Of a stretch of 64,000 bases of DNA, positions 50,474-62,800 are shown in pieces. The stretch spans positions 52,452,001 through 52,516,000 of the forward strand of contig NC_043014.1 in assembly GCF_006345805.1 (NCBI RefSeq), in the 5' to 3' direction. The first letter of the stretch is position 1, and each line of letters opens with the position of its first letter. The notes under the pieces were generated by a model. That model had not been told where the DNA came from and did no database searches. It worked only from the letters and a program-made list of their open reading frames with translations. The position numbers were made by a program, and so were the translations under genes. Source of the stretch: Octopus sinensis (Eukaryota).

Positions 50474-52545
50474 TATATATATAATATATATATATATTAA
50501 TAATAAAATATTAGGGAATAAATCCAAACTTACATAAATTTAAACGCTTATTATATATATATAATGTATGCATGTATGTATATAGTTAGCTAGCTAACTA
50601 GCAAGCGAGCTAGCTAGCTTGATAGACAGAAGGAGACAGAGAGAGTGTTACGTAGTGCGTCCAGTAAATTAATTACGCTTTTAAACATTGCCGCAATCCA
50701 GTCGGCGTTGCATATTTGTTACTGCAAAGTATTACGCATGGATGATTATGTCCTATTTCATAATAGTCACATCGTGCTACATCAGTTTCGAATTATATTT
50801 ACACATGCTATAGGAATATATGTTTAATGCGCCTGGCGATCTGTCGCAAAGTGAGCAGCGAAGGATTTGGAAGTACAACAATTTTGTGTGAAGCTCTGTC
50901 TCAGACGAGGGAGCACTTTTACAGAAATATTTCTAATGCTACAGCTGACCTAAGGGGAGGGGTTGATTGAATCGCACTCAATGTTAAGAGTGACGTAAAT
51001 GTTTGAAATTGGGAGAAAGTCCACAAAAGATACGGTCTCGTGTCTGGGTAAAGTTCCCGAACAGCAGACAAGAACGATATTATGAAAGTAATGTGATGTG
51101 ATCCGGGAAAATCTTCCACTGGTTCTCGGTGAAGTTTAACCTAGATATTCTTTTCTAATCTAGGCACAAGGATCGGAATTTTTGGGGAGGAGGTCAGTCG
51201 ATTAGATAGAGCCCAGTACACAACTGGTACTTAATTTATCGTTCCTTCTGTAATGAAAAAAATTAATTAGCCTCCTCCCGTCACTCCCCTATTGATTTAT
51301 GTAATTAACTCCGGAATAATGAGAAACCAAAGTAGACCTCTGCAATATTTGACTTAAAAACATAACAGATAATAACATTATTACAGATAATAACATAATA
51401 ACAGATAATAACATAAATAATCTCAAGATCGTTTGGATATATATATATATTCACAGATCTGTGTGTGTGTGAATGTTTGTGTGTGTGTGTGAAAGAGGGA
51501 GAGAGAGAGCGATTTTAGTCACATCATCTTACACACGTTTCATTAACATGAGGTGATTATTAATTACATATTGCAAATAACATAACCGAGACATAGTCAA
51601 ATCCTCACTTGGTTTTGGCAATGGAAGACTGAGGAAGACCATAGATGAAACGAAAACCATTGATTGTGGAATCTAAAAGACTTCGGCTAAAATACAAGAA
51701 CAAGAACAACAACAGCAACAACAACAGTCTTCAATAATTATAAACATCAAATACCTGTAAGCCACCATCTTCGTGTGATACGGCCATACTTTTTATCCAA
51801 TCTTGTATCTCCCAGTCATCACTAATATCGTTTTCATTAACTGAAATTATAATTAACAACAAAAAAGACTTAAAAATCAACTGTAGAATTATTGGCAAAC
51901 TGCGTTATAACAACAAAAAAAAAATATTAATTAAAAATAATCAAGTCAGATATAATGTAATGAATATATTTTCTCCCCGTGACACAGTGAACTGCTGCTT
52001 TTTTTTTTTACTAGAGCTTGTAATTAGAGATTATTATTTAATGGAATTCCAATCAATGCTGTGTGGTCATAGCTAATTAATGAGCTGCAAACCTCTTAGT
52101 ATGCTCACATAGACATCTCGAAGGGATGAAATGTAAAGTCGACCTCGACGGAATTTGAACTCAAAATATAAATACGGACGAAATGCTGTAAAGCATTCTG
52201 TCCGGCGTGCCAACGATTCTGCCAGCTCACCACCTTATGTTTACACATGTATCGGTTTCAGATTTTGGTAAAAGGCCTGTAATTGTGGGAAGAGGGGGGA
52301 ACTTCCGAATACATCGATCCCCAGTACACAACTGGTACTTGTTTTTTATCGACACCGAAATGGCGAAAAGCAAAGTCTACCGTAGTAGAATTTGAACTCA
52401 AAACACAAAGACGCACGAATTGCCGCTAATCCTTTTGGCCGTCGTGCTAACGAGTCTGCCAGCCTCGCTGTTTCAAACATTTGTCTTATGTGCCATAGTC
52501 TGGGACTTAATCCGAAACTACAAAGCTGCAAAGCAATCTTCTTAA

Positions 52546-52579
<34 letters not shown>

Positions 52580-55153
52580 TTACACGCATATCAATATTTA
52601 TTAATATTTATTAATGGTCCTTTAACTTGGAATAAAGATTGTTTGCCAACATAACATGGCAGTCCTGGTTTAGGACGAATGTTGCTGTAATTTAGCCCCA
52701 GGAGACATCGTCTCCAGCTGGCTATACGACACGATCTGTGTCCTTACTATTTTTTAAAATCTCACAACGAGAGATATTCAGCAACATGTTATGTTGGCAA
52801 ACAATCTTTACCCCAAAGTACTGTTGCTGAATATCTCTCGTTGTAGATTTTAAAAAAATAGTAATTTTCTAAGTCCTTTAACTTGTTTGCAGTTATTGAT
52901 CTGCAGTCACAGATGTGCATGACTTTCACAAATTTTTGTTCAATGCCGTAACCTTCACCATTTATTTCCGTCTCACATTTATTGTCTCGAACGTGAATGG
53001 TGAAATTACCTTTCAACGCAAAATGCATAACACAAGGCACTGCTCCATAACGGTATATATTTTTTTACTAATCACAAAGAGCTAAACACAGAGAGGACAA
53101 ACAAGGACAGACAAACGGATTAAGTCGATTAAGTCGATTATATCGACCTCAGTGGGTAACTGGTACTTAATTCATCGACCCCGAAAGGATGAAAGGCAAA
53201 GTCGACATCGGCGGAATTTGAACCCAGAACGTAACGGCAGACGAAATACGACTACGCATTTCGCCCGGCGTGCTAACAATTCTGCTAGATCACCGCCTTT
53301 GTGCTCCATAACGGTATAACAAACATAGACTCGAACAAAGACTCAGCCATATTCAATAAGATTATCACTGACACACATGTGTGGGCGAGTGTGTGCATAT
53401 TTTCCCTCTACTTGGTTCCACTGACATAACATTACTAAATGTCTCCGATCATTCTCTTTTGTCCAACGCTTTCGATTCCTCCTCTCTTGTCCATTTCTCT
53501 TTAATGTAATATAATATATAAAAAGGATAACCAAATCGATATACTTACCATAGTAGATATCTATATAGCTGGATACATACTTATATATTGAGTTGTACAA
53601 TGCAAGCGAATCATCTCTGAAATAGTAGTTGGGCAAAACTTTCGGGTCGTCAACCTGAAATCAGAGACCAAGAGTGATATTTACTCGGGCAAATTGAAAC
53701 GTGTCAAAAAAAAAAATGAGTTGCTTATATTACAATAACAGTGCAGATAGAACCCCCGGTCAATAGCAATGAAAGTGGTCGTTTTAATCTACATCTAAAG
53801 CTATGTTCATACGTAAGATTTCGTTGTGAGAAATTCGTTATCACTAGAGATCCAAATAATTAATTACTGCGTAAGTTGCATGAATATTTACTAATGCTCA
53901 TATAAACACATAGAGAACCGCTCCAAGGTTTCTCGCTTTGCTAGAAACGGCAATCCACTGCTTCAAGATTTACATCGTTTGTTCATACAAATAGGATTAA
54001 TTGCTGAGTACAGCTTATTTGATGTAGCGCTCTGGCTTTGGAAATAAAACACCATGGATAAAGGACAGGAAAAGGAAATCTCTGTAACATGTCTGATTAA
54101 AGATCTGCGTGAGAGGGGTTGCTTTGATTTAAACTACAAAACATCAAAAGCTCGATGTGGTGAGAAGTACAAAAACCATACAGGAACACATTCGATGGAG
54201 TTTTAGATCCTTCTAATTAGAATGAATAATTACGGCAACAATACCGTGGGTCTCCCCACTCTATAAAGTTTAACCTGAGTCTAAACAAATACAATAAACA
54301 AAATGAAAATTACTTACTTTTCGGTTTGCGAAATCATTAGCAGGAATTCCATCTCGATAAAAGTCCCATCGTTGCAAGCTTAAAAAAGCAAAATACAGAT
54401 ATTACCACTATTTAAAAGCAAAAAGTGTTTATTTCTGTGAAATATGAATACAAAGATGGGACAACAAAACATCCAGATAGACAATACAAAGAAAACAAGG
54501 ACGGGTCATTCCAAGTTTTCTTTCCTCAGTCGAGTACCAGAATATCTTCGCAATTTCGGCTGATTATACTCGAGATTGCTCCAATCTGGCCGACCCCAAG
54601 GAAAAACTAAGCAAAGAGCATTAGATTCCTTGGAAGAAAGCAGCGAATGTATAGGAAAACAAGGACGAAAAGAAATGGACAATGTTACACAAATACAATA
54701 AAAATAATAACAGGACATAACAACAGGTGTCTTTCGACTAAGGACGAATTAAATTAAGCTGGCGTGTGTGGAAATGAAGCCTTACGGCAGGGATAGAAGA
54801 TTTCACAAACACAGGGAGGAATATCGATGTTGCACGGACAACGGCCAGACCAAGAAAGAAAGAACAGGCTTGGCCGAACGCCGGTCACGTGGGAAGAGAA
54901 GAGAGAGAAGTAGAAGCAGAGGGAAAGAAGAATTAAGGAGGGGCGAGAAAAAAATGACAGGGACACAGTGAAGTGAAAAGTGGAGGGAAAGTGAGCAAGA
55001 AGAGAAGGCAAAGAAATGTGTGAGAGGGGGAATGAAAGAACGAATAGTGGAATGAACGAATAAGAGTGAAGGGGTTGATAGACAGAAATAGAGTCGTACA
55101 AGATTTAGAAAAATGTATACTTACATATAAGAGACCAAAGTGTGCGTACGCCG

Positions 55154-55190
<37 letters not shown>

Positions 55191-55408
55191 TATTATCGCC
55201 AAACTAATATGGTAGTCTATAAATATAAGACTAAAGCTGTCGCTGACTAGCTCCAAGAGGCCATCGCCTCTAGCTAGCTATATGACACACGAACCTGCGT
55301 CCATTAGTCTTATATTTATAGACTACCATATTAGTTTGGCGATAACTATTAATATCCAGTAACGCTGCCGTAATCTCCTTTAGAGAGACTTAGTAATTTT
55401 AATATTTC

Positions 55409-55472
<64 letters not shown>

Positions 55473-56012
55473 CAGTTGCGTAGGCTACCTACAAAATAAT
55501 TTAACAAACAAAATAAGTAGTTGACGTAGAGTAAATTGTACTTGAGCTCAGATCTGCATAATTCAGACGATGTCTTGAAAATATCTTACCCTTTATGAAA
55601 CAGCTCAACCAGTCCACCTGATTGAATTGTCATTGTTTTATCGATCCAACCTCCGGGTGATGCAAGTCTTTCGAATGCAAGTCTATAAACAGATTAAGCA
55701 AATTCAAAATGCTTTATGCACAAATAGAATTATTCACACATAAACAAACGAACTGCACACATGTCATTCGTGTATTTTTATTAACATGTTCCTAATTTGA
55801 AATCCAAAGACACTCTACGGCTTCATCGATGTTGTACACGCCACAATTAGACATAACAGAATCCATGTCGAGATACTTGGTTCTGTGACCCTTAAAATAC
55901 TTTCACTAAATTTCTATCTCTGTCTGTCTGTCTCTGTCTGTCTGTCTGTCTCTGTCTGTCTGTCTGTCTCTGTCTGTCTGTCTGTCTCTGTCTGTCTGTC
56001 TGTCTGTCTGTC

Positions 56013-56079
<67 letters not shown>

Positions 56080-56114
56080 GTCTCTCTCTCTGTGTCTCTC
56101 TCTCTCTGTCTCTG

Positions 56115-56146
<32 letters not shown>

Positions 56147-56857
56147 CCACTCTATCTTTCTCGGCATTCACCATTATAGATCGCTAACCACGAAAGCTTT
56201 TTTTATACATCTAAAATGTATAATTGAAAAGAACGGTTCACTTACATTTTGTTGCTGCTAAAACCTCAAGAAATCGAAACTAAAAATTATAGAAGCCGTC
56301 TCTTGCGATTACAAAGAGAAAAGAAAAACAGTAAATAGATATAAGGAACTTACTTGTTGATGGCCAAAAGGAAAAGTGTGTGAGGAGCCAAAAGCTTGTA
56401 GACTGGATGTGACACAGACATATTCCTGTGCTGAGCAAGAACAACCACTTCCATCAGTAAATGAGTTAAACCTACAATAAATAAATAAATAAATAGATAA
56501 ATATATATATATATATGATTGTGTGTGTGTATAATATATGTGTGTATGAAAGGATGAAGGGCAAAGTCGATTTCGGCGGAATTTGAACTCAGAACGAGCG
56601 TGCTAACGATTCTGCCAGCTCGTTATGATAATAATGATAATGATGATAATACCTAGGTGCACAACAGATTGATGGTAGCTGGAATCAGCCAGGTTAAACC
56701 ACATCTTTGCAAGAGTCCAAACGCCCCAGTCATCAGTAGGAAGGAAGACCTAAATGATAAGAAAAAGTGCAATACTTCAGCAGTCAATTATATGGACAGC
56801 TACAAAAATACTATAAAGACACGTACACACATTTACACACATTCGTGCACACACACA

Positions 56858-56895
<38 letters not shown>

Positions 56896-57255
56896 ACACA
56901 CACACACACACGCCATTACTCAAGTGAAGCAGTAGATATTAATAAGATAAATTGTAAACACGTTGCTCTTCATTATGTGGATATAAGTAAAACACTTTAA
57001 ACAGAGGCACACGGGAATTTCAGTGCTTAAACAAAATAATTTGAAGCTTCATATCCATATCAAACCTCAAATAATCATCAAATTGTAGACACGTAACCGT
57101 TTACATTATTTACATTATTTGCATTATTTACATTTGAAGGATGCTTGTCCTCATCTTGTTTGTTGTTAACGTTTCGGCTGATATACCCTCCAGCCTTCAT
57201 CAGGTGTCTTGGGGAAATTTCGAACCTGGGTTCTCATTCTTAAGGTAATTTTCGA

Positions 57256-57338
<83 letters not shown>

Positions 57339-58433
57339 TTATTATTATTATATTTATTATTATTATTACCATGCTACGCCAGACTTCACGGTCCATCATG
57401 GCATTACGAAGGTCCTGTTGTTGGATGCCTGTATCCCTGGAGATTAAATCAGGGTAGGAGAGTGTGCGACCTCTGGCATTGCGAGTAGATGGCTTCCAGA
57501 GGAGGAGAGTAGAAATTACCTTTTTTTCAGCTCTACAACAATGTCCAGCAAACTGGACTCTCCTACCTTTCACAAGAGATGACACAGGTGGTAGTTTCCC
57601 ATATATTTGCATTTTGGTTGGATGGCGCTTCCACGAGAGATTTTGAGCTCTCATAAGGAGGCGAGTGTAGGTTCCATCCAACCGCCTCTCAAGCTTCTTT
57701 GATAACGTCCAGGTTTCTGAGCCATATAGTAGAATTGGACAATGCAAAACATGCAAAAATATAGAAAAGAAAAGGAAATTTTAGTGAAACAAAATCTTTA
57801 TTGAAATACTTACAGGATTATCTGCTCCCTTCTGTTGTTGCAACTGTATTGCAATTGGTACCAAATTGTTTTCCGAATTTAGCATAAATAAAGCTATGGG
57901 AGCACAACACTGAAATATATATATATAGATATATAGATACATATATATAATGTTTAAGTAAAGTAAATGGTGCGTATATAACTGGATATGTCTTCGATTT
58001 CATCCCATAGTTATAAGTTTACAATCGTTGATCGTAGTAGTAATCTTTCTCTATATAAAGCTGAAGTTGTCTGTGTATGGCAGGTTTGGTAGCCTTTAAC
58101 TAACACCATCTCCTCCGAGACCCTATGGCGCAAGTTGACTAAAATTGAGAGGATGATAGAAGAAGGCTTGCTCTTCCTTCCGTAGAAGAAGAAATTCAAA
58201 TCGAACCATGTTAAGACCAAAAATTATTTACATCAAAAAGGTGCTTTTTTTTCTATGAAAATCCCTATCTTTTACGATTTTTTGACAGCTGTGTCGCCAT
58301 TTTTCGGTGTATTTTAACCAAAAAAATGTTCACTTAAAGAGAACAAGCTACATAATGCAAAATTTTTACTTTTCAAAAATTCCAATTCTACAGGGTCGAA
58401 ACAAATCCGAGCAACGCCGGGCGATACTGCTAG

Positions 58434-58475
<42 letters not shown>

Positions 58476-59303
58476 ACACACATATATATATATATATAGA
58501 GAGAGAGATGAAAGTAAAAGGGATTAGATATTCGAAGACGGGCTTTGTTCGTTCTACCACGCCACGGCATTCAGAAGTAATATGATTCTGTGTGGTATGA
58601 GAAGATGCTGGGTTGTCGTCTGTAATGCCTCTGGGGTAAGAGATGTTTTTCTTTGAAGTTCTCGAGAAAGAATTGAGTGCGTGTGGCAATTTGAAATTAT
58701 TCGAAATTGCGTCAGGACTGCTGATTAAGTGGAATCCTCTGTGAAACAGAAATCACTTGACTGATTCGGTCTTAAATATTTATTTATTTCCCTAACGCTG
58801 CCCCTATTTGAAGTATTTCCCTTCTTACTCGCTTCCCAGTCATGCTCTGGTGCTTTCCCAGAAGCAATGACGAAAGAATTTGTCTAATGCCGCCGCTATA
58901 TTTCTCGTTGTCGCAAGTAAAGTTCAGGAACTTATCGTATTTTGGACTTACGATGCGTCACGACCCATTGCCCAAAAACAGGAAGTGTGGAACGGAAGAG
59001 AGCAAAAGATGGTCAAATACGTTCATGTGCTGACAATGTCAAAGAACTGACTGGAAAATGGAGCCTGGCTGATTGTTTGCATGGAGCACACCAGAAAGAA
59101 CTGGAAACTATGGAAAAGTTCACCCTTGGACCCAGGGAGGGTGCACGACTGATTACATTATTTGCATTATTTACATTTGACGGATATTTGTCCTCATCTT
59201 GTTTGTTGTTAACACAACGTTTCGGCTGATATACCCTCCAGCCTTCATCAAGTGTCTTGGGGAAATTTCGAACCTGGGTTCTCATTCTTAAGGTAATTTT
59301 CGA

Positions 59304-59363
<60 letters not shown>

Positions 59364-59848
59364 ATTTTAGACATTACACTCCTTATTCTAATGGAATCTA
59401 TTGAGGTTTTGGTTTGTTTTCTTCGAATTGAATGTTACCGAGGCAGATCGTCATCAATGCCCTCATATTCCATAGCTTATCAATAATTTCTAACCTGATC
59501 CATTCAACAACACAGAACACATAAATTGCAGTAACCTGGCAATGCTGATAAACTGAGTCAAAATGTAATGCACTTGTTTACAACCATCCGTCTGAAGCAA
59601 GTAGAAGCAAATAAATATATTATTGCCATATGTCAGATTAACCCGCCGGAGGAAAGAAAAAACAAACACATTATTTTCATTGTTAACATTTGCTCTAAGT
59701 TTTCAGTTGTCCCACAGCGGCACTGCCTGCTTTTAGATATGCTTACTTTTTGTGCTTGCAATAAACGTTTTGTTCTATTTAAACCAAGCGTAGATTATGG
59801 CTAACGTTACACACACACTCACACACACACACATGCGCGCGCATATAA

Positions 59849-59894
<46 letters not shown>

Positions 59895-62800
59895 GTATAT
59901 ACATGTGTACATACATATCTATGTCTAGATATACTGGGTGCATAAGATTTTTGAGGACAGATTTATGTTTATTATATAAAGAAAAAATAAACATATATAA
60001 TAACAGATAATAACTTTACTTATCAAAAAATGCTATGAGGATAAAAATAAAACCTTCTTTTCTATAATGTTATCCAATAAAGCCACCTTCAGCTTCAACA
60101 ACTGCTTCTGCAAGAAATCTAAATCATCTACATGCTCGAATCAAGTGGTCCTGGTTCATTTGGGACACTACTCTGACTATGGTAGCTTTCAAAGAAACTT
60201 TGGGTGTGTTCATTGACCTCTCTCTCGACAACGCTCCACATGTAATAGTCCAATGGATTGAGATCTGTGGAATTAGAAGGCCAAAAAAAAAACAACAACA
60301 CCAAAAGAGGAAGACCGGTGTAGGAACAACAAGTAGGTGTATTAGTTTAATAGTCGGGAAGAATGCAGAAGTCTTTTATGTTTTGAGTCCACGCTCTTCG
60401 ACAGAATGGAATATGTGGAAGAAATGGGGAAAGTACGACAAAAATGGAGAGAGAAAAACTATAGAGAGTTCAGCGGTCCAACATGGTGGAATGACTAGAA
60501 AAGAAGATGTTGAATGAAAGCGATATATATATAGGCGCAGGAGTGGCTGTGTGGTAAGTAGCTTGCTAACCAACCACATGGTTCCGGGTTCAGTCCCACT
60601 ACGTGGCATCTTGGGCAAGTGTCTTCTGCTATAGCCCCGGGCCGACCAATGCCTTGTGAGTGGATTTGGTAGACGGAAACTGAAAGAAGCCCGTCGTATA
60701 TATCTATATATATATATATATATATGCGTTTGTGTGTATATGTTTGTGTGTCTGTGTTTGTCCCCCTAGCATTGCTTGACAACCGATGCTGGTGTGTTTA
60801 CGTCCCCGTCACTTGGCGGTTCGGCAAAAGAGACGGATAGAATAAGTACTGGGCTTACAAAGAATAAGTCCCGGGGTCGATTTGCTCGATTAAAGGGCGG
60901 TGCTCCAGCATGGCCGCAGTCAAATGACTGAAACAAGTAAGAGTAAAGCGTATACATATATACACAATATACACTTACGTCAAATCCTTCTTTGTGACCA
61001 ATGCCTTCCAAAATTTCTAAGTCTGCGTAAAACAGTCGTTTCTCTTGGATTAATCCTTCCAATGTTTCTCCTTTCAGAATCGGTTTCATCATCTCCTCAT
61101 CCACTCCAAGTCTACAAGAAGCAAGAAATAAAATAAGAAAAAGAGAATCACTGGAAATTATTGGTTGTCTGCTTTGGTAAAAATATTTTATGAATTTTGT
61201 AAATTTTACATAACCTTACGTTTTAGGGAGAAGAGAACTCTCAGCAGTAGCGCAAAGTACTTTTGTTGAAGTAATAAAAGCGAAAATGATTTTTTTCTCT
61301 CCACAACACATGAATTTATCTAAGTTTAGGAATTAACAAAAATCAATAAATATCTGAAAGCAAAATGGGAAAACATAAATTTTTTTGTGTCATCTGAAAT
61401 ACTCTGTGGACTTCTGTGTTGCTTAACGATCCCTAAATATCTAACTTTTCTTGAGCCCTAGAACTCATAAGCCCTGTTACCCAGTTTCCCTGGCGCATAA
61501 GTAACCGAAATTACAAAATCATCCGTAACGGTCCGTTGCAGTTTGAAAAGTTAGCAATTCTAAGGAGAGAGGACATGTCGACTGCTACTTAATTTTATTG
61601 ACCACGAAAGGGTTAATAGCAAAGGTGACCTCGGTGGTATTTGAACTCAGAACGTAAAGAGCCGGAAGAAACGCCGCTAAGTATTTTCACAACATTAATT
61701 GTTTGTTCCTTCTCGAGCCACGTTTGGGTCATCAGGGCCAGTTTCCCGGTTTTCTTGGAGTATAGGTTCCCCACTTGGACGGGACGCCGGCCCGTCGCAG
61801 GTGAGCTGCAAGATGCAGGAGGAAAGAGTGAGAGAAAGTTGTGGCGAAAGAGTCAGCAGAAGTTCGCCATTACCTTCTGCTGGAGCTGCGTGGAGCTTAG
61901 GTGTTTCGCTCATATACACACACCCATCGCCCGGTCTGAGATTCGAACCCGCAATCCCGCGACCGCGAGTCCGCTGCTCTAACCACTAGGCCATGTGCCT
62001 CCACTCACCACATTAAATATTTAACTTAATGCTGTTTAAATATGAAATAGGCAAATGCTAACTTACTTTGAAGGGATTTCTTCACATAACTTTATTGATT
62101 TGGGGTTACAACCGTTAAGTCGTTGATAGCCAAACCACGTGTCTTCCTTCCAATATGAACAAACCTAAGATGGAAAACATAAATAAACTTAAACATTTAT
62201 TTCTAATACAGGCACAAGGCCTTCAAACATTATTCGTGTGAGATGAAGTTACAGTTAATTAACAGTAACTGATTAGCACAAATTTTAACGATTCGGAGGA
62301 AAGAAAGATAATGTCGACTTTAGTAGTATTTACTCTCTCTTTTACTCTTTTAATTGTTTCAGTCATTTGACTGCGGCCATGCTGGAGCACCACCTTTAGT
62401 CGAACAAATCGACCCCGGGACTTATTCTTTGTAAGCTCAGTACTTATTCTATCGGTCTCCTTAGCCGAACCGCTAGGTGACGGGGACATAAACACACCAA
62501 CATCGGTTGTCAGGCGATGTTGGGGGACACACAGACACACAAACATATACACACACATACACAAATATATACATATACATATATACGACGGGCTTCTTTC
62601 AGTTTCCGTCTACCAAATCCACTCACAAGGCTTTGGTCGGCCCGAGGCTATAGTAGAAGACACATACCCAAGGTGTCACGCAGTGGGACTGAACCCGGAA
62701 CCATGTGGTTGGTAAGCAAGCTACTTACCACACAGTCACTCCTGCGCCTATTTGTTGTAAAGAATGCAAAACATTTTGTGCGACGCACTAGAAATTCAAT

